Assembly: GCA_963726265.1 (NCBI GenBank)
Contig: CAVSBQ010000002.1
Coordinates: 96,229 to 160,228, forward strand
Direction: 5' to 3'
DNA from: Candidatus Aenigmatarchaeota archaeon
GTDB lineage: Archaea; Aenigmatarchaeota; Aenigmatarchaeia; QMZP01; QMZT01
Length of the DNA stretch: 64,000 nucleotides
The position numbers and the translations under genes are program-made. The notes under the pieces are model-generated. The model was given only the letters and a program-made list of their open reading frames with translations. It was not told the origin of the DNA and searched no databases. Below are positions 10,302 to 18,228 of the stretch, piece by piece (positions within the stretch are counted from its first letter, which is position 1; each line of letters starts with the position of its first letter).

Positions 10302-10568
10302 TTTCCTGCCGGCTTTTTGATATTGTGGCTCTTCTGCCTGGAAAGTCGGGATGGCATACCTGTAAACCGCCGCACCCACGACCATCGCAACATAAATGAT
10401 CAGCCATATCAACACGAAAATCAGCACGAGCACGAACACGACCATGCTCATGTCCACGATGTGGGGCAGCAGCAGGAAGAATATGGCTGCCGCGAATATG
10501 AGGGCTATGACCGCTATGAACGCGGCGCCGCTCAGATGCAGGAAATGCTTCTTTTTATGGAAAAACAT
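10284..10568 (-). CDS. hypothetical membrane protein
   Basis: Two long hydrophobic segments. Confidence 0.65.
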   Translation of the reverse strand: MFFHKKKHFLHLSGAAFIAVIALIFAAAIFFLLLPHIVDMSMVVFVLVLIFVLIWLIIYVAMVVGAAVYRYAIPTFQAEEPQYQKAGRKSRRKR

Positions 10569-10592
10569 GCCTATCGCTTCCAGACAATTAAT

Positions 10593-11636
10593 CTATGCTT
10601 CAAGGATTAAATAACCAAACTGGTCCGTTATCCCGCGCAACGGCCTCGCGCAACTTTCGAGGAAGGCTGCATAGTCCTTCCTTTTGTCCACGGTCACGCC
10701 GGTTTTCTCCAGCAGGCCTACCGCTTCTTCCGCTTCGTAAGCCCTCTGGTCCATCAGGATGCCGCGCTTCCTGAAGAAATTGTAGAGCATTTTCAGCTCG
10801 GGCTGAGTGAAGAAAATGACCGCCTTTTTATCCCTTATCTCCAGCAGCTCTGTCATCCTGCCTCTTTCGATGTTGCGGAATTTCATCTTCTGCGCGGCCT
10901 TGGCGAGCATGTCGAAATCGACCGCGTATTCGCTGTGGCCGAAGACGCCGACCCTGCCTTTTTTCCGGGGCTTCTGTGATTTCTGCAACGGCGGAGAGGA
11001 ATGCTCGCAAAGGAACATCTTGCCGCCTTCTGCGAGAAGCGGCCTCGCCCTGCCGAGTAGCCTGAGCGCGCCGTAATTGAAGTCCGAGACTTTCGTCAGC
11101 TGAAGCCCGTAAAATTTGATGAGCGAAACCGCGTCGTAATACGCGTCGCTGTCGCCTTCCCTGATTCTCGGGCTGTAAAGGCTCATGTTGACTAGCGTGG
11201 GAAGGTCAGCGACGACCTCGTTGCATATGATGAGGTCGAACTTGCCTTCATAGTCGAATCTCGTGAACATGGTCTTCTCGTCAAGGAAGTCGCCCAAGGC
11301 GAACGAGAACCTGCGGTCCCTGAAGCGCGAGCGGAGGTGCTTCATCACTTCGAAGGAAATGTCGCAGAACGTGTAGCTGAAGCCCGCCTCGCTTCCGAGG
11401 CTGTCGCAGAACGCTGCAGCGAGATCGCCAAGCCCTGGTCCGATTTCGAGGATGCGCGGGTTTGGCGGGAGCGCGAGCCTTTTGGCGAGTATCGCTCCGT
11501 ACGCCAGGCCTGATTTCGTGAACGCATTCGCCGACCTGAGCATGTGCGAGACCGTGAGCTCGTTGTCTATCATGTCAGCCGCGCTGCGCAGGCTCCTGTA
11601 ATAACCGTCGGTCCTGTTGACGAAAATTTCCTTCAT
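10593..11636 (-). CDS. class I SAM-dependent methyltransferase (MidA/NDUFAF7-like motifs)
   Basis: Motif I ILEIGPGLG, FCDIS, FDLIICNEVVADLP. Confidence 0.8.
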   Translation of the reverse strand: MKEIFVNRTDGYYRSLRSAADMIDNELTVSHMLRSANAFTKSGLAYGAILAKRLALPPNPRILEIGPGLGDLAAAFCDSLGSEAGFSYTFCDISFEVMKHLRSRFRDRRFSFALGDFLDEKTMFTRFDYEGKFDLIICNEVVADLPTLVNMSLYSPRIREGDSDAYYDAVSLIKFYGLQLTKVSDFNYGALRLLGRARPLLAEGGKMFLCEHSSPPLQKSQKPRKKGRVGVFGHSEYAVDFDMLAKAAQKMKFRNIERGRMTELLEIRDKKAVIFFTQPELKMLYNFFRKRGILMDQRAYEAEEAVGLLEKTGVTVDKRKDYAAFLESCARPLRGITDQFGYLILEA

Positions 11637-11673
11637 AAACGTATTTAACATTAGCCGCGGAAATTAAATTGAT

Positions 11674-12234
11674 ATGCCCCAACCTTCTCAGATAAAGACG
11701 CGCGTGGAAAAGGCGACGAGGGAAGCAGTCGAACTCGAGAGGTCCTCGGACGACTTCTCCATAAGGGTCGCGGTCGATTTCTCCAAAAAACCCGTGCCGC
11801 TTAGTTCTGGTCTAAGCTTCGTCGACAAAATCCTGAGCGGCATATCCACCTTCAGCGTTGCTGTCGAGATGCCGCAACAGGCCGCGGACGAGGAACGGCT
11901 GATCAAGAATGCTGGCTTCGCCTTCGGCGAGGCGGTGAGGAAGCTTTACGATAAAAGGAAGGCCAGGGAAACGGCGGCCCTGATAAAGTCCGAAGGCAAG
12001 GCAATGTGCATGCTCGCCATAGGCGCGAAGCGCCAGCCGGGCGAGGCGAACCTGCAGATAATAGGAACGCCCGAACGTGGTTTCGAGCCCGACAGGTTCT
12101 TCATCTTCTTCGACGGCTTCGCGCAGGGCATGGAAGCGGAGCTCAACCTGACCGTGAACCTGGCCGGAGGAAAAACCCAGCTAGGCATGATAACCAGAAC
12201 GTTCTCGGAAGCGCTGAAGCGGATTCTGGGCTAG
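11674..12234 (+). CDS. degenerate imidazoleglycerol-phosphate dehydratase (HisB)-like protein lacking the metal-binding histidines
   Basis: By-eye collinear similarity to IGPD over the full length; the protein contains no His (see findings). Confidence 0.6.
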   Translation: MPQPSQIKTRVEKATREAVELERSSDDFSIRVAVDFSKKPVPLSSGLSFVDKILSGISTFSVAVEMPQQAADEERLIKNAGFAFGEAVRKLYDKRKARETAALIKSEGKAMCMLAIGAKRQPGEANLQIIGTPERGFEPDRFFIFFDGFAQGMEAELNLTVNLAGGKTQLGMITRTFSEALKRILG

Positions 12235-12428
12235 GCGCGGCTTCTCACAAAATTGCCGGCCGACCTGTCATGCGTCTTTTCCGCATCTTTCGTGAACAAG
12301 CAGCCCGGAACTTCGCCGGCCTCGCGGTGATGCGCTATGCATTCGCAGCACATCCCCTTGCGCGAGCAGCCGGGGTAAGAACAGGTGCAGCGCTTCAGGT
12401 TCTCCTTGCGGTTCGCGCATTCCTTCAT
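12231..12428 (-). CDS. DUF6485-type small Cys-rich protein
   Basis: C...[21 protein letters not shown]...VPGCLF...EKTHDRS. Confidence 0.8.
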   Translation of the reverse strand: MKECANRKENLKRCTCSYPGCSRKGMCCECIAHHREAGEVPGCLFTKDAEKTHDRSAGNFVRSRA

Positions 12429-12436
12429 GCAAAACC

Positions 12437-12640
12437 TCACTGGTCCATGCCCGCATCGGTGTGCTGTCTCTTTTTTCTGAACAAATTACCGAGCTTCTTG
12501 TAGAATGGTTCCTTTTTCCCTAAAAGCGCATCCCTTGTATCAAAATACTCAAAAAAACCAGATATCCCGCCAATTCTGATGTAATCCCAAAGGCTGCAGC
12601 CCATGATGCTGTCGCCACGATTTATCTTTCCGTATCCCAT
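12437..12640 (-). CDS. small hypothetical protein
   Basis: SD GGAG inside the upstream gene; tightly packed in an operon-like run. Confidence 0.5.
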   Translation of the reverse strand: MGYGKINRGDSIMGCSLWDYIRIGGISGFFEYFDTRDALLGKKEPFYKKLGNLFRKKRQHTDAGMDQ

Positions 12641-12642
12641 GT

Positions 12643-13107
12643 TTATCTCCTTTCGTTTCTTCCGGAGAATTTTTTAATCCGGCCTCCGGCTGTTTTCTTC
12701 TTTTCTGCCTTCTTTTCGGTCTCTATGCCTAGCTGGCCTTCGATTTCCCTGAGGAATTTCTTGTCAGGGAAGCGGATGTCAAGGCTCCTGTGGCCGCGAA
12801 GGTTCGCATACCGCTCCTTGTCAAGCGTTATGAAAAAGTCCCTCTTCGCTTTCATGTGGTTCACGAGTAGGACGAGGTCGCCGTGCTCCGCGAGGTTCAG
12901 GTCATGCTGCGGTCTCGCGAAGACCATCTGCCTGAGCGTGTCATAAATCTTCTCCTCGGTTCTGCTGAGCGTGCCAAGGTCCCTGTTCAGGTTCTGCGCG
13001 TGGAAAAGCCGGAGCTTGCCTTCTTCCTCGAGTTTCTTGAGCTGGTTTATTACCGGATGCCTGTCGTAGAATATCATGGCCGAATGGTCCATGGTTATGC
13101 TTACCAT
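12643..13107 (-). CDS. PIN-like domain protein (divergent)
   Basis: ITMDHSAMI resembles hhhDTNhhh; GDLVLLVNH...RDFFITLDK resembles D..hhA.A....D.hhT.D. Confidence 0.55.
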   Translation of the reverse strand: MVSITMDHSAMIFYDRHPVINQLKKLEEEGKLRLFHAQNLNRDLGTLSRTEEKIYDTLRQMVFARPQHDLNLAEHGDLVLLVNHMKAKRDFFITLDKERYANLRGHRSLDIRFPDKKFLREIEGQLGIETEKKAEKKKTAGGRIKKFSGRNERR

Positions 13108-13243
13108 ATTATCACCGTCTTATCACCGTCTGTAAAATTCTTGGAAAGAAGATTTTTAACCTTATTTTAGCCTCTGTTCTGGTATTAGCCCGTTTTCCCG
13201 CGTTTTCCGCGTTTTTTTAAGCCGGCTGGGCAAAATTATAATC

Positions 13244-13450
13244 ATGGCAAATGCAAGCGCCTGGGTAGTGATTCTGGTCGTGGTGGGGGCTATAGTGCTG
13301 GCTGTCGGCGTAATAGGCGGCTACCTGGCCTCGCTTTCGTCTCCCGAATACTTCCCCGTGTGGATGTTCGTAGCATTTATCGGGATAGTACTCGCCCTGG
13401 CCGGGATCGCGATGGGCATGGGCAGTAAGCCTGCTAGCAGCAACCACTAA
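13244..13450 (+). CDS. small two-helix membrane protein
   Basis: Two TM segments; TATA-like TTTTTAAG about 25 nt upstream. Confidence 0.7.
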   Translation: MANASAWVVILVVVGAIVLAVGVIGGYLASLSSPEYFPVWMFVAFIGIVLALAGIAMGMGSKPASSNH

Positions 13451-13504
13451 ATTACATTTCTCTTTTGCATGGTTTGCCTAGTCTTTTTCCTGAAAGCTTA
13501 AAAT

Positions 13505-13695
13505 CGATATACGTCGCCTCATTTTTATCGCTCACTTCTGCCGCTTCCCCTCTCTCACCAACGGGTCAAATTCAAAACAACCCTCACTTTTGATCCAAAA
13601 ATTATTTTTCATAAAATATATAATTTAGTATATATTTTAAATTATATCTATCATTAAAAATATTTTAAATAAAATATATTATTTTATATATAATT
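13505..13695 (+). repeat. left arm of ~200-bp imperfect inverted repeat (AT-rich inner half)
   Basis: Anchors CGATATACGTCG, GCCGCTTCCC, AACCCTCACTTTT and TTTAGTATATATTTT recur in the same order on the minus strand at 15148-15009. Confidence 0.65.
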
Positions 13696-13728
13696 AAGTA
13701 TAGATAAATAATGTTCCATTTTCCAGGA

Positions 13729-13764
13729 GTTTAAACATCCGTTTAAACGGCCGTTTAAACGTCA
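13729..13764. repeat. three GTTTAAAC units at 12-bp period, containing a perfect 22-bp palindrome
   Basis: GTTTAAACATCC GTTTAAACGGCC GTTTAAACGTCA; CGTTTAAACGGCCGTTTAAACG at 13740-13761 is self-complementary. Confidence 0.85.
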
Positions 13765-13791
13765 TCAAAAACAGAGGCGATGCTATCTGGT

Positions 13792-14328
13792 TTATACATC
13801 TTTAAAGGCCTTTTCAATAAGCTTTCTTTTCTGTTCTTTTCCCATCTGTGTATATATTTTCGTTGTTTCCAGCCGTTCATGGCCCAGCATATCCTGAACG
13901 ACGTCTATTCCAACCCCCATGTTAACCAGGTGGGTCGCATAGCTATGTCTAAGCGTATGGGGATGCACCTCTTCAGGTGCCCGGATGCCCGAGATCCTGG
14001 CATACTTCTTAATTATGTTCCTTATTTGGCGGTCTGAAACCGGGAATAATGTCGATGTTGTCATGTTTTTGATATAGTCACGCAATTCCTCTGCGAATCT
14101 GTCATTTGGTATGAAAACGAGCCTGTCTTTCGAACCCTTCCCCTGAACCACCTTTATCATTTTGTTTATGATATCCACGTCATCTTTTTTAAGGTTCATG
14201 GCCTCTGAATTTCTAAGACCCAGATGGAAAAGGCACTTAAGAAGCATGGAATCTCTGGGGTTCTTTGCAGCCCCGACCATGGCCCTGAATTCTTCCAAGG
14301 TCAGAAATCTTGGCAATTTGCGCGCCAT
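13792..14328 (-). CDS. Xer-like tyrosine recombinase, catalytic domain only (178 aa)
   Basis: GLRNSE (R), GKGSKDR (K), HPHTLRHSYATHL (HxxR), LGH and TTKIY (Y) all present; begins at the LPxxL linker with no N-terminal core-binding domain. Confidence 0.95.
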   Translation of the reverse strand: MARKLPRFLTLEEFRAMVGAAKNPRDSMLLKCLFHLGLRNSEAMNLKKDDVDIINKMIKVVQGKGSKDRLVFIPNDRFAEELRDYIKNMTTSTLFPVSDRQIRNIIKKYARISGIRAPEEVHPHTLRHSYATHLVNMGVGIDVVQDMLGHERLETTKIYTQMGKEQKRKLIEKAFKDV

Positions 14329-14379
14329 TTTATCAGTTTAGTATTTGTTTTGACCATTATATAAAGCTCAGTGTGTCGA

Positions 14380-14407
14380 ATTTCCGAAAATAAGTATTTT
14401 CGGAAGT
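14380..14407. promoter_or_regulatory. 11-6-11 inverted repeat upstream of the recombinase (dif-like site or operator)
   Basis: ATTTCCGAAAA TAAGTA TTTTCGGAAGT, arms 10/11 complementary; just upstream of the recombinase TATA box (TTTATATA on minus strand, about 14359-14366). Confidence 0.65.
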
Positions 14408-14514
14408 AGGGGTTCTGAAGCTAAACGTGTTTTCCCATGGGTTTTTCGGCCGGATAGGCCGTCCCACCAGGTAAAACATGGTTAGAAAAACAAATGTCTG
14501 GAATAAGACTAAAA

Positions 14515-14877
14515 TCACGCAGGTTTTTTCTCGGCTTTCTTTTCCTTCTTGACAGGCTGCTTGGCCTGCTTCCTGCACTTGTCCTCGACCTGGATAAGTT
14601 TCTTCTTGACGGCCTCCATGTTGTGCGCTATGTCCCAGCCGTCGTCGGTCAGCTTGACCCCCTTTATGCGCCCCTTTTTGTCAAAGACTACCAGGCCCAT
14701 GACCTGCAGGACGTCGAGGATCTTTATCGTGTGCGAATACGTGCAGTCCGCTTCCTTTGAAAGGATGGTCGCGTAAACAGGCCCTTTCGCCGTCTTCAGC
14801 GCGAGCAGTATCCTAGCCGGTTTCTCTCTTAAAAACAAGTCTTCCAATATCGGTTTATCAACCGAGAGTTCTGCCAT
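14515..14877 (-). CDS. winged-helix (MarR-like) DNA-binding protein
   Basis: LFLREKPARILL...YATILSKEADCTYSHTIKILDVL...GLVVFDKKGRIKGVKLTDDG; Lys-rich tail. Confidence 0.85.
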   Translation of the reverse strand: MAELSVDKPILEDLFLREKPARILLALKTAKGPVYATILSKEADCTYSHTIKILDVLQVMGLVVFDKKGRIKGVKLTDDGWDIAHNMEAVKKKLIQVEDKCRKQAKQPVKKEKKAEKKPA

Positions 14878-14949
14878 GTTATATTTTATAACAATTAGAA
14901 ATATAAACGTTATCTATGTATTAAAACCGCTATTTTTTCCCAAATAGTT

Positions 14950-15148
14950 TATAATATATATTTTTTATTAAATTTATTTTAATATATTTTTTTAAAAATA
15001 TAATTTATAAAATATATACTAAAAAATATAGTTTGGACAGTTTTCCAGATTTTCACAAAAAGTGAGGGTTAAAAGCGGAAGTGAGGCCTCGAAGCGAGGG
15101 GGTGCGGGAGGCGGCCGGAGAGGAAAACGCAAAAACCGACATGTATCG
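14950..15148 (-). repeat. right arm of ~200-bp imperfect inverted repeat
   Basis: Minus-strand anchors CGATACATGTCG (15148), GCCGCCTCCC (15115), AACCCTCACTTTT (15070) and TTTAGTATATATTTT (15023). Confidence 0.65.
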
Positions 15149-15198
15149 GGCATGTTTTTGAAAAAAAGCCTTACCGAAAACAATTGGCAGTAAACGGC

Positions 15199-17547
15199 TC
15201 AGATTTCAGCTATCTTGGTCACGCCGTCGATTTCCTTGTCGCGCTCGAGACGATAGGTCGAGCCCGTGATGTAATCCGACAGCCGCTCCTCGTGCGTTAT
15301 CAGGAAGACCTGGTCGATGATGTTTTCCATCTTGTCCCTGAGAACTGAGCCGAAATGCTCAATGGCGTTCCTGTCCAGGTTGTGCGTCGGCTCATCCAGA
15401 ATCAGCCAGCGCAGGTTCGGCGTGAACGCGAGCGAGAACGCGATCCTCAGCGCGAGCGACGCGAGCGAGCGCTCGCCACCCGACACGGCGTCCGCGTTAA
15501 GCCATCCCTTCGCCGCCTTGAGCTGAAGAACATAATCCTTGTCGACGAGCATGCGTATCTCGGAGAAGTCTCCGTATGGATAAAGCTCCTCCCATATCTG
15601 GTTCATTATGTAATTCACGGTCTTCAGGAACTCGTCCCTCAGCTGGTCCTGCGTGCTTCGAAGGACAGAGATGAAAACGTCCATGGATACCGTGAGCTTC
15701 TCGTATGCCGCAACGTCCTTCTTGTAGCGCAGGAACGTGTTCCTCTGCACCTCCAGGTCGCGCAGCGCGGCGGTTTTCTCCTTCACCATCTCCTGCAGGG
15801 CGTCGAGTTTCGCCTCCAGCGACCTTGAGCTTCCGACCGCCTCCTGGAGCTCGGCTCTCAGCGCCTTTATGTCCTTGCCCTTCGTTTTCTTCGCAAGCGC
15901 CTTCCTGTGCTTCTCGAGGCTTTTCAGCTGCTTCGCCAGCTCGCCTCTCTCCTTATTCAGCGCTTCGAATTCCTCCTTCTCCCTGAGCAGGCTTTCATCC
16001 CTCGCCATCTTCAGGCGCATTTTTTCGAGCAGCTGCCTGGCGCGCTTTTCCTCCGCCTGCCTTTTCTGTATGTCAGCGGCGATGCTACCGACTTCCTTCA
16101 TGAGCATGCCGATTTTGTCCTCGCTGTCCTTTATCTTGTCCCTGAGCGGGTCAAGCTCCTTCAGCTCATTCCTCAGCTCCGAGTATTGCCCGATGCCATT
16201 CTTGAAACCCTCGATTTGCGCCGCCTCTTTCGCTTCGTTTTCCTTCGCCTCCCTGAGCCGCAGGTCTATTTCTCCCATGTGCTTCAGCCTGTGCTCCAGC
16301 AGCTCTTTCTTGCGTTCGCCCGTCAGATGCGACTCGCAAACGGGGCATTTGTCTCCCGCGCCTTTCAGCTCGGACAGGCCTTTCTCCACAGCCTCCCTCT
16401 CCGCGGCGAGCGCGTATAATTTTTTGCGGAGCGCGTCCAGGCTCTCCAGCATCTCGCCCAGCTTCTTGTCCGGGTTTTCGCCGAGCGCGGCCTCGAGCTT
16501 CTTCAAGCGCAGCTCGTTTTCCTTGCCCGCGGAGAGGCGGAGTTTCGCGTCCTTTATCTGCTCGCGGAAAAAATGAATCCTCCCGTTCTTGGTCGCCACG
16601 CCATCGCGCAGGATGCGTATCTCGCTCTCGAAGCCCTCGAGCCTCGCCTCCAGCCTGTAGGCTTCGCTCTTCGCCTGCTTCAGCGACTCCGGCGTCGTCT
16701 TCGCGGTTCCCCTGACCTTCAGCTTCCTGCTCTCGAGCTGCCTCTGCATCTCCGCGATGCGCGAGCTGAGCGAATCGCTTTTCCTGACTATGTCGTTAAG
16801 CATCCTGTCGTCGGCCTCGTATGTCACGACCTTTTCCGACAATCGCTTCCTTGCACGCTCGATGGCCGAGGCTTCGGAATTCAGCTTTTCGGCTTCGTTT
16901 TTTTTCCCAGCCAGCGTTTTTTCGAGATCGCTTGTTTTCTCCTCGAACCTGCGCCCCTTCATGTCCTCGACGACCCTGAGCATCTCCTTCCTCCGCTCGA
17001 AAAGCCTGTTGCGTATCGAGACCGCCTTCTCCCTCGCCGTCTCGTAGCGGTCGAGCTTCAGCATGGCGTCTATCTGCTGCATGCGCTTTCCCTTGGGAAT
17101 CTGGAGGAAATAGTCCAGCGCGTTCTGCTCCGAGTAAACCGCGCGGGAAAACATGTCGTAATCCATCTGGAGGACGCGTTCGACTTCGCGGCTCACGCCC
17201 TGCGGGTTCACCTCGAGCAGCTTGCCGTTCTCGCGGATTTCAGCGGTCGTCGTCCCGCTGTCCCTCTTGACCACCCTCTTCACGGAGTATTTTTTCCCGT
17301 TCGCGGCGAACTCGACCTCCACCGAGGCGGAGTCTTTGGAGCTCGGCTTGGACATGATGAGGTCGTCAAGCGAGAGCTTCCTGGAGCCGAGCGCGGAGAA
17401 CGTGCCGAAAAGCGCGAAAGCGATTGCTTGCATCACGCTCGTCTTTCCGGAGCCCATGATGCCGAAAAGCGCATTCACGCCTTTGGAGAATTCGAGCTCC
17501 GAGTTGAGATGCGATTTCCAGTTGACGAGCCTGACGCGCGTGATCAT
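15199..17547 (-). CDS. rad50: Rad50/SbcC-family ATPase
   Basis: Walker A GIMGSGKTS, long coiled coil with zinc hook CPVC, signature VSGGE, Walker B/D-loop LILDEPTHNLD, ITH; start ATG 17547 (MITRVRLVNWKSH). Confidence 0.92.
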   Translation of the reverse strand: MITRVRLVNWKSHLNSELEFSKGVNALFGIMGSGKTSVMQAIAFALFGTFSALGSRKLSLDDLIMSKPSSKDSASVEVEFAANGKKYSVKRVVKRDSGTTTAEIRENGKLLEVNPQGVSREVERVLQMDYDMFSRAVYSEQNALDYFLQIPKGKRMQQIDAMLKLDRYETAREKAVSIRNRLFERRKEMLRVVEDMKGRRFEEKTSDLEKTLAGKKNEAEKLNSEASAIERARKRLSEKVVTYEADDRMLNDIVRKSDSLSSRIAEMQRQLESRKLKVRGTAKTTPESLKQAKSEAYRLEARLEGFESEIRILRDGVATKNGRIHFFREQIKDAKLRLSAGKENELRLKKLEAALGENPDKKLGEMLESLDALRKKLYALAAEREAVEKGLSELKGAGDKCPVCESHLTGERKKELLEHRLKHMGEIDLRLREAKENEAKEAAQIEGFKNGIGQYSELRNELKELDPLRDKIKDSEDKIGMLMKEVGSIAADIQKRQAEEKRARQLLEKMRLKMARDESLLREKEEFEALNKERGELAKQLKSLEKHRKALAKKTKGKDIKALRAELQEAVGSSRSLEAKLDALQEMVKEKTAALRDLEVQRNTFLRYKKDVAAYEKLTVSMDVFISVLRSTQDQLRDEFLKTVNYIMNQIWEELYPYGDFSEIRMLVDKDYVLQLKAAKGWLNADAVSGGERSLASLALRIAFSLAFTPNLRWLILDEPTHNLDRNAIEHFGSVLRDKMENIIDQVFLITHEERLSDYITGSTYRLERDKEIDGVTKIAEI

Positions 17548-17776
17548 ATCCAACCCTCTACCCAATCCCCAATGTCGTGGTACGAAACAATACTGTAGAA
17601 AGATTGATTCGGGAATTTTTAAGTTTGGAGGGAGTTTTTTTCCGGTCCGCACGTCCTATATATTATAATGCATAATTTTTATTAAAAATATATAAAAAAG
17701 TATATAAAGGCCCTGCGGAAAATAATATGCAAACACGATAGACAAAAAGAATCGCAATGAAAACAGGGCGTTGCTT

Positions 17777-18127
17777 ATGGCATGCAGTTTGAATTTCAGC
17801 AATTGGGTGCAGGACGATAGTGTGAAGGAATATCTGGGACCTGGCAAAAAAGATGCGTTTATGGGATTGTATTTGAAAAAGATATCAGCCTTCTTCCCGC
17901 CAGTAATATTCTATCAGATTGAAGGCTCGGCTGAAGCCAGCCTCGACCTGATTCCAAGGCATGAATTTCCCGCCGACCTTGAGCACTTGCAAAGGCTCGT
18001 GTGCCGCGGCCACAAGGATGACGGAAGAGGAATTGTTGGAACATGCAACGGCTGCCCCTACAGAGAGAATGCGCTGTCTGCGCTGCCAGAAGGCGGCTCT
18101 GACAAACTGGTGAGGTTTCAGGACTGA
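17777..18127 (+). CDS. hypothetical protein with CRGH and CxxCPY motifs
   Basis: Best ORF in the gap; upstream AT-rich promoter-like region. Confidence 0.5.
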   Translation: MACSLNFSNWVQDDSVKEYLGPGKKDAFMGLYLKKISAFFPPVIFYQIEGSAEASLDLIPRHEFPADLEHLQRLVCRGHKDDGRGIVGTCNGCPYRENALSALPEGGSDKLVRFQD

Positions 18128-18228
18128 CTCTGAGGCCCGCTCTGGCATTTTTTTAATTATGCCTTTTGCCGTTTTGCCGCCCCACGTTTATAAACCAAAA
18201 CCGCATATAATCAACATATCTTAGGGTG

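Noticed and set aside
13625-13652. TTAGTATATAT-TTTAAA-TTATATCTATC as a Thermococcales-type XerA dif site
   Set aside because: The right arm resembles it, but the arms are only about 5/11 complementary in near-pure AT sequence; too weak on its own.
13792-14328. Integron integrase or provirus integrase
   Set aside because: Lacks the IntI-specific insertion; no attC-like cassette array, tRNA att duplication or viral genes adjacent.
13700-15070. Canonical Orc1/Cdc6 origin (ORB boxes) from TTCCAG-containing words
   Set aside because: No convincing TCCA-N-TGGAAA plus G-string consensus and no cdc6 gene nearby; kept only as a non-canonical origin hypothesis.
17548-17652. 35-aa N-terminal extension of Rad50 in the ORF track
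   Set aside because: Family similarity starts at MITRVRLVNWKSH (ATG 17547), which has a G-rich SD; the upstream part looks like promoter and leader.
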